From the NCBI RefSeq assembly GCF_009914755.1, contig NC_060930.1: DNA of 64,000 bases, one strand, 5' to 3'. Origin of the DNA: the human T2T-CHM13v2.0 reference genome, Homo sapiens. The position numbers and the translations under genes are program-made. The stretch's first letter is position 1; each line of letters starts with the position of its first letter. Shown here one piece after another: positions 13,846 through 27,719 of this stretch. Below the pieces are notes generated by a model. That model worked only from the letters and a program-made list of their open reading frames with translations, searched no databases and was not told where the DNA came from.

Positions 13846-15399
13846 TTCAACACCATACGATTTCCACATTATCATCAATGTTGACTTGCCTAAGACGGCA
13901 ACCCTTCCAGGTGAAATCATTTATTATCAGGAAAAATAAATTATGAATTTATTTATTAAAGGAATAAGATTTAAATTCACTTTTAATTTGAGCTTTTGCA
14001 TTGCCTTTGTTTGTTTAGAGACTGAAAGAGCAGGAAAGAAATTCGAGAAGTGTCTTTTCCAAAATCAGCCATCATTGTTTTAGTTTTTCAAATGAGTGCA
14101 AAATAATTCGCAATATATAAGGATAGTTATCAGTTATCAACCATAATTTCTGTTATACGTCTAGTCTGATCATATCACCTCCAGCAACACAATATTTACC
14201 TCACCAATAGTACAACAAAAGCACTCGGAATCTTTCTTACAAGCCTCTCCTGCAGTTTTTGTGATTAACCTATAATAAAAAGAATGGGCAAATGACAGTC
14301 ATTTAAGACGGAGTTTCTATTCTTAAACTTCTCTCACACCAATTTGTCAAAAATACCTCATGAACATAGGATCACCTGCGAGGCCTGAGACAGCTTTGTT
14401 CTTGCTTCCTTGTTGTTGCTGGTTTTATTCCTTCCTTAATCGTTTTATGCCTAACTAGAGAGAACTTTCAGCATCTTCCTCGCACTTAGGGCAAAGCTAC
14501 TCAGGTGAGTAAAATCAGTATCAGCCTCTTGCATTACAGATTCTGAGGTTTGTTTCAAGGCATGTCATAGGCTTCAGTCAAAAGCCAAAAACAATCTCAT
14601 CGATGCCCAAAAGGAGACGTTCGTGCTCTCTTTGCCTCTCCCCACTCTCTTAAAAATCACAGGGACACAGCTCATTCCACCCCTCTCACAAACCTTCCCT
14701 TGACCACAGGGACAAATAGATTATGACTGAACTTTTATTCTCTTCTTATGTGTATGGGTAAGTTTTTGAAACAGAAGAATTAGTTCAACCTGAAAAGTCT
14801 GTTTTAATCTCTCTATGTGCTTTTAATTTTCAAAAAAATATTTCCTCTTTCATCTTTGCTTCATACTCTACTACAAATTATGCTGGTTCTATTCCTCTAG
14901 TGCATGAAGCTAGTGAGTTGCTATGTCTCAGCTCTCCATGTGGGTTCCGGCATCAAAGCCTTGGGCCAATTTTATTTCATTTGTATTTGCTGTCAGAACA
15001 ATGTCTTTATTCTAAAATGCCCTTCTCAAATCACCTCTCAGGTAGTTTGATACAAGCAGCGTGCAGCAGAAAAATATCTTTAAAAAAATCTATGTTATTT
15101 CTTTTATGTTTTACTGTGAATACTGAATGCATGGCACACTTAGTTAAACAACATCTTGAGTTCCATTTTTAAGATGAAACGCACCTTTTATTTTAAATAT
15201 CTCTGAGACAACTGATCTGCTCTCCTTCTATGGAAGGGGTTTTTGTTTGGAGGGGGGTGGTCTATTCAAATTACTGCTCAGCAATAAACATTTTTACAAT
15301 CTCGTTTGTTTTAGACTGCCAGATGACACCTAGATTGATTCGATTTTGTAGAAAATTCTCACAAAATAAAGACTGAAATGCATTTAGGGAGCTGACAAG

Positions 15400-16110
15400 G
15401 CTGTAGAATTCCATCACGTCAAATTAGCATGAGAAGGAAAATGAGAGCGAGGGTGGACTGAGAATCCGATCATCTTGCCTAACCACGCTGTGTAAACGTG
15501 GAGCACTCACAAGAAAATACCTTTCTTTCCTTTGTTGCGTGTATTGTAGGGAGCCAAAGGGAGGGGGAAGAAGAGATTTAAGGAGAAATTGCAGCGAGGT
15601 GGCAGGTAGTGGGCAGGGTATCAATCCAGTTTGTCACATTAAGGATTGTAAAGAATCCATCTCAGAATGACATTGATGACTCAGGGTATTCGGTTCAGTC
15701 CAAACTAAGGCAAATGGCAGTGGCGCGGTAAGCGCAGAAGTCAACAGGGAATTCAACCTCGGAGAATGCTGGGAGAAAGGGAGACAAGCAAGACACAGCA
15801 CAGCAGCTGATTTTGCAGGGCTGCATTTGTGAGAGAGTTAGAACTCTCACCCGCCCTCACCATTTCTCTTTGACCACAATGTCAGACATCCTCCATCAGG
15901 TTCACCCTTTCCATGGCTGCCCTTTGCAGACGTCCGTCGACTGAGAGCAAACTGGTGTGCACGCCTGTGGTCTATATTCTGGGCTAAGGAAAGGACAACC
16001 TGCACAGGTTCACAGGCGCATGTGCTGTTCTTAGAGAAGTCATTCTTAATACAAACTGCCCTACACCCACCATTACTTCCTGCTTCTCACTGGCCCCCAT
16101 CAGCGTCACA
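15400..16110. promoter_or_regulatory. Candidate promoter/enhancer block B
   Basis: About 18 CpG in ~620 bp; CRE-like TCACGTCA 15414, ATGCTAAT (-) 15423, AP-1 TGACTCA 15677, GC box 15851; donors on both strands. Confidence 0.6.
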
Positions 16111-16224
16111 GAGAGAGTGTATCCTCAGACCATCCCCAATTCCTTTGACCCTCTCTATCCACAGAGTAACTGCCAGGCAACAACCACTGTTTGTCCTTCA
16201 TTGCACTCTTCCTAATTAGCAGGT

Positions 16225-16385
16225 ATATGCGTATTTATGTGTTTGTTTAGTTTCTGTCTTCCCCCCTAGAGAAAAGGGAAACCCTGTGGGGCATGTCTCA
16301 TTTGCTGCTATCTCCCCACTGCCAAACACAGTGCCTGACACGTAGTAGGGCCTCAGTAACTATATGTGGAATAAATGAATAAACT
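16225..16385 (+). mobile_element. L2 3' end
   Basis: ACAGTGCCTGACACGTAGTAGGGCCTCAGTAA...GAATAAATGAATAAA. Confidence 0.85.
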
Positions 16386-16394
16386 GTTGGATGA

Positions 16395-16697
<303 letters not shown>

Positions 16698-16789
16698 GTT
16701 GGATGGATGAGTGCACGAATTTATAAAGTATGTCTCTAGGAAACAGAATATAGAGTTTCTATCTTACAGATCTGGTCAAGTAAAAAAAA

Positions 16790-16965
16790 AGATATTTTGT
16801 CGCGTTGCACTGATTTTTAGATTTTCTCATATTTTAACATCTTTCAAATGGGATGGATTTTACAATTTATAGAGCCTTAAAATTATAAGCACCAGAGTTT
16901 TTCTTTTCTTTCTTTCTTAATAGCGTATAATAGTGTGTCTTACAATCACTGGTGTCTTAGAAGAG
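16790..16965. mobile_element. TcMar-Tc2 remnant (MER104-like)
   Basis: ATTTTAACATCTTTCAAATGGGATG...GTGTCTTACAATCACTGGTGTCTTAGA. Confidence 0.5.
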
Positions 16966-17054
16966 TTATAATCACAAATCATAGCCAATATAAAGGCAAA
17001 TAAAAACATCTGTATGGGTGATGTCTCTCACAAGCTTCCCAGGGTTCCTTCAGA

Positions 17055-17230
17055 CTGAGGTTTATCAAACTTTACATCAGAATCACTTTGTTGAAAACGC
17101 ATTTTTCTGGGATCAACTCCAGAGATTCTGATTCAGCAAGTCTGAAGCAACGCCCAGGAATCTGCACTTTTAAAGCCTTCCAATGTTTTTGCTGCAAGTG
17201 ATCCTCTGCCTTCACTTTGATAAATATTCC
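17055..17230. mobile_element. MER5 (hAT-Charlie)
   Basis: CATCAGAATCAC...CCAGAGATTCTGATTCAG...CCCAGGAATCTGCACTTTTAA. Confidence 0.8.
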
Positions 17231-17810
17231 ATACAACAAAGTTCTTCAAATGTTTCTCCAGCCCTATTAAGGTACCTGAAAAGGTTCCAATATTTTTTTT
17301 TAGCAAATCATTGAAGGTCTAGTCTTCAAAATAGAACTAACTGTAGGTCCCTCTGCCTTGGGTCATTCATTACTGTCCCTATCGGAAGACACACTTGGTA
17401 ACTGCTAGGCACCTCCACTGACTCTGATACTACTAGAAAATGCAACTGTATTTCAGATCATACGTGCCCTTTGGCTGAATTTACATTAGAAAGTATAATA
17501 GTTGGACCATGGTAACATATCCAAGAGGTAACATTTGGGTGGATTTGCAGAAGGATTTGGGTGGATTTAGCAGTTCTCAGGTGAACAAGAGCTGGGAAGG
17601 AGGCTTTTTTCTAAGCAGGAGGAATAGCGTATACTGGTAGTAGATATGGATATCACCTCAAATCCCTCTTGGAAGCAGAGAGTCAATCAACACTTATAAA
17701 TGAAAATATTATTACTACTTTTTTGTAAAGGTCTATCCTCTATTAAAGCAGATATTTATCTAATACCTAACGCTTTCCTTGCAACTACCCTTAACAATGA
17801 GAATAATATT

Positions 17811-18359
17811 TGTGTTAGGAGCCTCTACTGGAGCCCCAGTGATCCTCACATCCTGGTATTCATGCCTTCATGTAATCTGTGTTCCTTGAGTGTGGGCTGG
17901 ACCTAGTGACTTGCTTCTAGTCAACAGAAAACCACACACATGATGGGATATTACCACCAGGATCAGATAACAAAATGGCTTGCTTCCATCTTGCTCATAC
18001 TCTTGCTTTCTCATTCACCTGCCCTGAGGAAACCAGCTGCCATATTGTGAGTGGTCTTCTACAGGTTCATAAACAAGGAACTGAAGGGGGTCTTCAGCCA
18101 ACAGCCTGCAGGGAACTGAATTCTGCAAATAATCATGCAGATGAACTTGGAAACACACCTCACTCCACACCTTTTAGATGTGACCACAGCTCTGGGTGAC
18201 AGCTTGACTACAGCTTCATGAAAGAACCAGAGCCAGATATATCAGCTAAGTTGGGTTCAGATTTCAGATCATCAAAATCTGTGAGATATAATAAGTGGTT
18301 ATCATTTTACGCTGCTGTGTTTGGGGTAACTTGTAACATAGCAGTAACTAAGTAACACA
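17811..18359 (+). mobile_element. MLT1F-like solo LTR
   Basis: CCTGGTATTCATGCC...TTGAGTGTGGGCTGGACCTAGTGACTTGCTTCTA...GTAACTTGTAACATAGCAGTAACTAAGTAACACA. Confidence 0.88.
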
Positions 18360-18379
18360 AGACTCTTCATATCTCACTA

Positions 18380-18720
18380 GATACACACAAAATCCTCAAG
18401 AGATAGATGGCAGGTATCATTACACTCCATTTTACACATAAGGAATCTGAATCCAAGGGCTTAGTTACTTAAAAAGGTAATTTAACTCAGATATGGCAAT
18501 ACTAAGACTCAAACCTAAACTCCATGCTCATTCCTTTCAACCACATTTGCAAGAACATTCCATTAAGGATCTGCAGAACTGAGTCCTGATTCTAGCTCTA
18601 CCAAATACTATCTGTGTCACGGAGTAGCTCAATTAACCCACCTGGCTATTAGATTCTTCATATATACAGTGAGATGTTGGGTTGAGGATCATCAAAGTCT
18701 CTCTTAGCTCAAAATTTTGT
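18380..18720. mobile_element. MIR (-) followed by MIR3-like (+) fragment
   Basis: CCATTTTACACATAAGGAATCTGA; GAGTCCTGATTCTAGCTCTACCA. Confidence 0.6.
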
Positions 18721-21244
18721 CCATTTTATAAAAGGAAGACAAACAATGTAACAAATTATTTTGGTGGTTAGAGATATAATCAAGAAAACTGTCTCTCAGC
18801 TCCAGTCTCTGTCCATTATTCCTGTGCTAATCTCAATGTGCTTAACTTGTTCCTTTTACCATCAATTCTGAGAGAAATGTGGGGCCTTATTATCCTGTCT
18901 TTGAGCTTCCTCTTGAGGAATAGCCCCCTGCTATGACCTTCACAGATCCAGCAATGCCCAGTTTGGGGGGCCATAAATGCCAGGTGACAATAACAAGACC
19001 AATTTTTATCAGCTGGTTCTGTTCACTAAAATATTGAGTTAAGTTATCCATGCTCAGAAAACCATAATCTCATTTCTGTGACTTACCTTAATTAGTTAAC
19101 ACCTAATGGTTTGGAGAGCCAGAGGCATCACCAAGAGTAAATCAACACAAAATATATTGCTTGACTATTCATTGAAAGAACTTGCCATTACATGATGAGT
19201 TAACAGTAAGTTATCGGAAATGTGACTACCTTTATTGTAAATGATTCTTTTTTAATCCACACGGGAGAGGAGTGGGAGAGTAAATGTACTGTGCCATTAT
19301 GAACCTGTCAGTCACACATGTATGAGACATCAGCTCCATCTAGAACAAAATTTGCTGCCACTCAGAAATAATGTTTAACATTAATCTGTTATTCTGATCT
19401 GTACTCACTAGATTTTTGATGGACAGATGAACTTATAAAATTTTTAATACAGCCATTTTCTAAAAAGCTAAAACCTGAAGTTACATTTACTCTTGGTAAG
19501 AATTAACCATAATTATCTAATGTCCATTTCCATTGTTCATTCTACTCTCATTCATCTTAAATGCCTAGTAAGACTCTGTAGGTATACACATAGTATAGAT
19601 AATATGCTCAAGATTGTAGCCAAATAATTGGTGTTGGCAAAATTGAGAGTAAGAAACTACACTACAGCACCATCACAAATAAGCACTAAATTTATCTACT
19701 CACAGATGCAGACAACAATACATTTTAAATACTTGTGTTTTCCCTAAAGCAGGAAAAAGATGGATAAATAAATAAAAATCAGCAATGCTCTGTCCAGGGC
19801 CTAGAATAAAAAATCTATTTTTCATGAGATGACATTCTGAATTAAAATAAACAGTGAAGATTTAAAACACAAATGGGAGGCCAAAATGAGCGATAAGCAA
19901 ACAGAAAAAGATAAGTAAAAGAAAAGGCATTTGAAAAACCACAGAAAATATCATTCACTTGAACTGGGAAGAGTGCCATCACCTTAAATAGTAACAACCC
20001 CAGAAGCACTCCAGGGGACATCCAGGTGGACACTGTCTTGTGTGGATCCCCTTCCCACCTTCAAATACAGGAACCCAGTACAGTCTGGTGGTTTCACAGA
20101 TTCAAGCTACCTTTAATATTTGAATATTAAAAATTACCCTTTGACAAGGGTTATATACTAATATTCATTCTCCCAAATCACTAGAAGCCACCGACAAATG
20201 AAAAACACCTTTTTAAACAATGCAATTATTTAACATTTTATAAACATTTTTATATTTCAGGATATTTTAACAACTTATTGTAAAACATTCATAACTTTAA
20301 AAGTCTTCATTGTTTCTCTGGAATTCAAATTTAACTGAGAATCTTGTATTTTTATTTGCTGGCTCTGACAAACCTACTCCTATTCTCTGGGAAGCAATAG
20401 GTAGTTAGCTAGCTAGTTGGGGCATAGCTGAGACCAGAACTCAAACCTCAGGACTCTCAGCTCTGAGCACCTTCCACAGAGGATTAAACCCAGGAAGAAA
20501 GTTACAACTAACCCAACCTGAGAAGCAAATCATGAAGCACAAAAATGGGTGGGGTTGGAAAAATAGAGGAGGGAATATACCTTCCTAACTGGCCAGGAAA
20601 AAAAAAGGTTTTCAAAGCAACTGCAATTATTTGAAAATTATTTTCAAACAAATATCTTTTATTTTCTGAAAGTGTTTCTACAAAAGTCAGTGTCCCAAAC
20701 CCACATTAGATTCTGTCCAACAAAATCCTATTCAGATCTCACCTGGATCTGAATTTCCCAGAGAGATTGGATAGAAGTCACCAGAATCTGAAACTAAGAT
20801 ATATGCCCTAACATGCAATAGAGATTCAGCACCTCGGACAGTAGTCGCTATTATGGTAAAGGATACATAACCCTTCTTTCTAACTATTCTTGAGTACTGA
20901 GGCTTTGGAGACTTACTGCTCCCTCTGTGAAACTAGCTGCACGTTCTCACAGGTTTCCCATCCCTCTAATGGGTTACCTCATCACAATGGCAAATTAGAT
21001 TTCCAAACAGATGTTGGACATCAACATCCAAGGCACTTCTATCACAACTACAGGCCCTTCTTTTGTTCTTTCTTTTTTGTTTTTAAACCCTTTCCTGCCT
21101 TTTCAAATTCTCATCCATTAATTTTTTTCTCATCATTTAAAAAATTTCTGTACTCCATAAATTTGCACGCACATCATGTAGTCCTGATGCAGACCCTCAT
21201 AACTAAAATAACATTGCACTTGAGCAATAAAGATGTGATAGAAG

Positions 21245-21490
21245 AAGAAAAGACAAAACTATAAAAAACAGACAATATGTTAGTGATTGCCAGGGGCTGA
21301 GAATGAGGACTGAGGGTAGAGTTGCCTACAAAGGGGCACAAGGACCGTGGGGAAACTGTTCTATACCTTGATTACCATGATGGTGGCACAACCGTATGCA
21401 TTCAAGAGAAGTCACAGGACTCTATATTATAGAGGGTGAATTCCAGTTTATGTAAATTATACCTCAATAAACCTGATTTAAAAAGAAAAA
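21245..21490 (+). mobile_element. L1ME/MD 3' end
   Basis: TAGTGATTGCCAGGGGCTG...GTAAATTATACCTCAATAAA. Confidence 0.85.
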
Positions 21491-21609
21491 TATATTACAA
21501 AAAAGAGAAATATATGTCTGACAACTAGCTCTGCAGGGTGGATCATTGTTAGTCCTGCCACAGGCTGCATTGCTTTAAGACAGCAGCTGTATTAATTATG
21601 TTTGCTCTA

Positions 21610-21910
21610 AAAACTTCATTTGAAGAGGGACATTCACCAACTAGAGATGATCCTGATGTTGGTGACTAGAATTAAGAGGCTAGGCCTTTCAGAGTGGTTT
21701 CAGCAGACAGAACTTGTGCCAATAAGTGGAAGAGAGAAGAAGGTGGAATCCAATTATCTAATAGAATCAGTTGCCTTTTTATTTCTGGTGGAAGGTATTC
21801 AAACAGTAGTTGAAAAACATTCTAGCAGAGATTATACTAAAAAGATGTAGGGTTAGATGGGAGTTAAACTATATGTCAACCAACAGCCTTTACAACTCTA
21901 AAATTCTATT
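21610..21910 (+). mobile_element. L3/CR1 fragment
   Basis: GAAGAGGGACATTCACCAACTAGAG...ACAACTCTAAAATTCTA. Confidence 0.55.
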
Positions 21911-23331
21911 GAATTAACCCGAAGTCCTACCTATGTGTCATGCTTAATTCTTAGTATGACCTTATAATGCATTACTTTTCAGAAAACAATTCAAAGTTCA
22001 ATCCCTGGTAAACAATCATGACTGTTTTTTTCTTTAGAAGATAAAAATATATGTATTATTCCAAATGAATTTCTAAGCACATCAACAATTATTACCTTTA
22101 TATAAAACATATAATATTTACACTAACTTTATCCCTTAAAAGTACAGTACAAGTTGTTCTGTGCAAAATGAGATTAGAAACTTGTTTATTTCGTTTACAG
22201 TCTCTGTATAAATACTCCCCAGCTAATATCTTAGAGTATTCAAGAAACTAGCCATCCTTTCCTCAAACTAAGAAAATCTCATTACACATAAAACTTGTTG
22301 TGATTTGAAATCTTAAAGGTGACATTCCAACAACCATCAATTTTTTTTTCTTTTACATTTTTCCTTCTGTGAAAAATGGAGTCATTAACCTCCTATTCTC
22401 TGGAGCCCAAAAGTCAAAAATTTTGGATGTTTAACATGTCCCAAAGGATTTAGAGTCCTTTGGTCCTTTGGTGTACTCTTTTGACTGGAATAAAATCATC
22501 AGCGGTAGGAATGTTAAACTGTCACCCTTCTAAGGTTATTAACAAAAATAGGATAGACTGTTCCTTAACTTAGCTACCCATTTTAAGTAATATTAAAAAT
22601 ACATTAATGACAAACAGCACATACCACTCTCATGATAGTCACGAGTTTATATTTGCACTTTAATACATTCTGGAAAAATCACCACCATAATTTTTAATGA
22701 CTTCTCTGAAGAAATCACATTAAGACATTTAACCCTTGTTCTTGTCATTTTCATATGAACTAAGCTTATGAATATTGGCTAAGGTAACATTTTTGTCAGT
22801 CTATATGTAAGCATTATGTAAAAAAAAAAGTCTGGGTTTCTTCCCTAATTATTATGTATTATATATAACATGTTTATGATTAAATCTGGCCCATATTCTA
22901 ATAAAGAGCATTTTTACTCTGTTTTTAGTTGTAATGCCCTCTAAATGGTTCTAATCAGAATAGAAACTCTTGGGTAGGAGGTAGAGAAGATGCAATTTTT
23001 GTTAAGAATTCCAGGCACTCTGCAGGTAAAATGTGAATTGTTCCATACAATTCAGTCAAGTAAAAATATAAAAATAAATGTAAAAACAAGAAAAGTCATG
23101 AAACTAGTTAAGATACTTAAATTTTAAGATGCATGGTGGCAAATTTCAAGTTTGTGAGCTCTCTTTGTTTAAAATGAAGTTTCATACGCAAAATACAGAA
23201 ATCATTGATTACTGATAGAGAGATGCATATTTTCTCACTCCTGTTATAAAAGTATATAATATAAAAATCTGTTAAGCAATGAAATGACCAATGTAAGAAG
23301 CAAAAAGAAAAATACCGCATTTAACCTAAAG

Positions 23332-23510
23332 CCAGGTTTTTCAAGCTTGAACGTGAGAATCAGGAGAGCTTGTTAAAGCATGTGTTGTTGAGCTCCACCC
23401 CCAAGGCCTCAGATTCAGCGGTCTGGTTAGCACCCAAGAATCTGGGTGTGTAACAAGTTCCTGGGTGACACTGATGCTGCTGGTCTGGGGCTACACTTGA
23501 AGAACCACTG
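23332..23510. mobile_element. MER5A
   Basis: CAGGTTTTTCAA...AACAAGTTCCTGGGTGACACTGATGCTGCTGGTCTGG...GAAGAACCACTG. Confidence 0.88.
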
Positions 23511-23589
23511 TCATTGAGAAGAGATAACAGTTTTTGATATAGCAGGAGGAGCACTGGTATGGGAATCAGAAACCTTCTGTGCCAAATGC

Positions 23590-24820
23590 AGGTTTAAAGG
23601 TAGAGGCTCTGGAAAAATGTACCTGGGTTTGAATCTCAGCTTCTGAGCAACATCTTTTTTATCCATAAAACTGGGATGATAGTAACTCCAGTTTCATTAA
23701 ATTATATCACTCATTTTTATTATGTGGCATAGTGTCTAGATGTTGACAAAAAAATCAGCTAGTATTATTATTCACTGTAACCTTAGAAAAGACACATAAC
23801 ATGTATGTTACAGTTTTTATAAAAAGGTTGTATAAAATTATCTTTAAGAATTTATCACTCCAAAACCCTATAATTCTAAATATATTTTCCATCCTCCTTA
23901 TTTAAGACAATTTAATATTAATACAACTTAATATTGTTCTGCTTTCCTAAGTGATCAGGGACATGAAAAGAAGGGTAACACAAGTCCCCTGCTCTTACCC
24001 TTAAAGGATTCCCAATTCAGTACAAGAGAAAGAAAGGGTACAAATGAGACTGTTAATAATAATAGTATATGTTGAAGTGCTATAGTTAGTGGTTCAGCAA
24101 TAAGTTACATAGAAGTTTGGGGGAAAAAGTAGCTTCCCTAACTTCAAAGAGGACTTGGACCTTAAACTTCACAGCGAAGGATATGCAGAAAAATAATATT
24201 CATATAGCTCTATGCAGCTTCCAGAGCAATCTACATATGCTATCCCAGATATTATCCCATTTCATAAATGAGAAAAAACGAAGACTCAGAGCTGTAAAGT
24301 CATTTGACCAAAGTCACACAGCTAACAGGGTGGGAACCAAGACACGCTCTTGGCTCTTCAGACATGCTTTTTTCATTATATCGTGAAGCAAAGAGCAATT
24401 TAACCAAGGGCATGGAGGAAAAAATTAGTGCATGATATTCAAGAAATAGATCAATATATCGTGGCCAGGAGATTTAATTTAGTAACTATTAGCCCATAAG
24501 ATCAGCTGGAGCTAGAGGTGGGATAGGGCAGAGGACAATGATATTCTTGAAATCCATTTTGAGGGTTTATATTTTATCTTGAGATCACTGGGTAGTTACT
24601 GAACATTTATCTGGATACAAGCCAGACTTAAGAAAACACACTTATCCATTCACTTATTCAACAATAATTGATTCGGCACTGATTAGGTGCTAGGTTTTGT
24701 ACCAGGTTCTGGGGGATGAATAAGACATGGTTCCATCTTTAAGGAGATACAGTGTCTAGTGAGAGAGAAGGAAATGTATATAAAAAATTATAATGGCATG
24801 TGATAAATGTAATACTAAAA
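23590..24820. mobile_element. Cluster of MIR and L2 fragments
   Basis: MIR (+) ~23590-23770, MIR (-) ~24200-24370, L2 3' end (-) ~24645-24820. Confidence 0.65.
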
Positions 24821-25879
24821 GTAGAATGCAGTCATGTGCAAACCTGCATTTGACTGCCAAAATATTTATTTGTAGTGCTCTTCTCCATTCAAGTAGATTT
24901 AGCATTAAATCAGTTACCGGTGAGTAACTCTAATTCATGTAAGAGAACTGCAAGTCCTACTTCGGTACAAATCCTAGGACAGCAGGTACAATTGCTATTT
25001 GAAGAGGAATGAGATTTCTCCTACAGGGTAAGAGAAGGAGCAGGAAGGACTGCATATAATATGGGATACATAAGCTGGAGCCTCAAAGATGAATAGAAAT
25101 ACATCTGACAGATTAGGAGGAAAAGCATCCCCAAAATTGCAAAGACCTAGGGCCCTGAAATAGCCTTGCCTATTAAGAGATTTGCAATGAAGTCGGTTTT
25201 GCTGGAGCATAAAAGGCATGACTGTTAATAGCCAAGAGCCTGGACTATGGTGATTGCAGTGGAAATGCATCATCAATGATAAATGTGCTTCTTAGAAAAT
25301 TTAAATGAAATTATCTATATCAAAATGCCTAACACCATTCCTGGTACACCCTAGAGCCTCATTATGTTTCTTTCCTCTATCTTCACTTTACACCTACTTC
25401 TCTTATAAAGCTACACATAGATTCGAATTAAAAAAAAACTTATCTTTTTATTCATCAGTGTCACAACTCAAAAATGTCAGATAGCATCTTGACCAGCTAT
25501 TATTGCAGCCTTTTAAAAAACACCAACTGCTTGTCTCAGAGGTGTGGTAGAGAATAAACAAGAAAAAGAAAAAAAAATCAGCTATTATCTAATTCTCTAT
25601 TACAATTCACTATTATGAATTCTCTCCCTTCTAAGATATGCCTTAAGAAACCCTGGAATTTACTCTGAAACCCAGATTCCTGGACAACTTCACAAACCTC
25701 TGGAGTCAGAATTCACAGACTGGGACTCTGTGAATACAAACTTCACAGGTAAATCTAACATGTGGCCAGATCTGAGATTCACAGATACAGCACCAGGAAT
25801 TCACGAGAGACCCTCCAGTTGTGGAACACTGCACCCACATTTGCTGCTAATTTATATACTAATTTATAAAAATATTTGT

Positions 25880-26503
25880 TTATGGTTTTGTTAAATTTTG
25901 AGGTAAAATGTATATTCTGTGAAGTGCAAAACCCTGAATTTTTAGTTCAACAGGTTTTGATGAGTTTTGAGAAATATAAATCCCATGTTTCCTACACTCT
26001 ATCAAGATATGGAATAGTTCCCTCACCCTAGAAAGTTCCTTCATGCGGCCTCTCAGTCAATCCTACCCCCTCCCCACCAGAAGAAATCACTCGTCTGATT
26101 TTTATCCTTAATGATTGGTTTTGTGTGGTTTAGAACTTCACATAAATGGAATCATACCATATGTACTCATTTGTGTCTGTTTTCTTTCACACACATAATT
26201 TCTGTGAGTCATCCACGATATTACCTATAGCTACAGTTTGTTTCCTTTTATTATTGAATAGTAAGTATGCCATTACATAAATATAATTTATTTATCCATT
26301 CTTCTGTTGATGGACATTTCCTGTCTTGGGTTACTATGAATAAAGCTATGATGGACATTCTTATAAAAGTATTTTGGTGGACATATATTTTTATTTATTT
26401 TGAGTAAATACTTGAGTAAATTTATCTTGAGTAAATACACCAGTGGCTTTAGTGAATCATAGAGAAGGTATAGGTTTAACATTATAAGAAACTACCAAAC
26501 TTC
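25880..26503 (-). mobile_element. L1ME/MD 3' region
   Basis: CATAAATGGAATCATAC...TTATCCATTCTTCTGTTGATGGACATTT; local triplication of TTGAGTAAAT at 26400-26436. Confidence 0.88.
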
Positions 26504-27480
26504 TTGCCTTTGTCTTTTGACATGTTCTGTGGACCTTATAACTTTTCCTCTGGCCAGAGTTTGCTTTATTATTGCTTCTTCCCAGGAATGAAGCTGAACA
26601 AAAATTGGGACCCTCCTATTGCCATTATGAGACGCTGTTTGCTAATTATGGCATTTATGACCGAGATTTTTCAAGTCCCTTCCCTCCCTACAGCTGTGTT
26701 ATCCTGTGGCTCTTGAATGACATTCATGTCATCACAAGAAGAAAATGCTGCAAGAAGTCTCTAAAACACCAGTGTTCTAAAATCAATCCTTACCTGCTCA
26801 GTGGATCAACTGGACAAAACCACTTACTGTAGAGTGTCCTTACAAAGTGAAACTTTTGCAGCTCAAAGCATTGAATGGGAGCAAGTGATATGCAGCTGCC
26901 CTAGAAAGCAGCTTTTAAAAAGGTAACAAAAAGTTTGGGCACAATGGCATTATTTTATCAGCTGCACCTCCCACCCTGCAACCACACAGTTTTTTCTTCC
27001 ATTTGTTCCAGAAATTTTATTTTATTACCTGATCTATGTTGGGGCTGGGGATAGAGGAGCAAGAAGAGAACAGCTGCAATAATGACAATTTACTTCCTTC
27101 CAAGACATGCTAGTTCAGTAACAGTGACAAAACTCTAGCACTTTATCATAATTTCCCCTTTCCAGAGAGTGGACATATTACCTGAGTTTCATTTCCCCAA
27201 AGTGCTCTCCTCAGCAGTTCAATATTGTGCTTGAAGCATACTTATTTGATACTCCAGGATACTAAAATGAGCAAACAAAGAAAAATAGGTCCAGCCTATC
27301 TGCCAGGTTTGGAAGGGAAGAAAGCATATAGGAAGAACTTGTGCATGCATATGAAAGAGGAAATAAACAGAGACTGTTCTGGAAATGTTAAAGGGTTGGA
27401 GGTGTTATTAATGGTAGTATATGAAGCAGAACCTACATCCCCATGGTGCAGGGGCCATGGAGGGACAGAGTGGTGGAGAC

Positions 27481-27542
27481 TGTTTGAGGTAGAATAAAAA
27501 TGAAAATTGTGTGTTTGAGGTAGAATAAAAATGAAAATCGTG
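27481..27542. repeat. 31-bp tandem duplication
   Basis: TGTTTGAGGTAGAATAAAAATGAAAAT(T/C)GTG x2, one mismatch. Confidence 0.97.
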
Positions 27543-27719
27543 CATTTAAAAAATTTTGTGGTAGCACCGTACACTTCAATGGCCTCACTTTGTAAGTCAT
27601 AGTCTATGTTTTAAGGTATTGTTTTGCAACTGGATTTCCTCCCCTCTTACTAGGTGATAAAGCCCCAGCTTCTCTCAATTTAAAGACAATTTAAAAAACA
27701 AAAAAAGGAAACATCTTTC

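Noticed and set aside
14459-14504. Plus-strand 46-nt pseudo-exon ending CAG|GTGAGT
   Set aside because: Consensus donors occur by chance several times per 64 kb; no partner exon evident.
19081-19104. Minus-strand consensus donor AAG|GTAAGT with a possible 16-nt microexon
   Set aside because: Acceptor lacks a good pyrimidine tract.
20112-20647. Short AT-rich inverted repeats with 9-bp arms (also near 49711)
   Set aside because: Expected by chance in AT-rich DNA.
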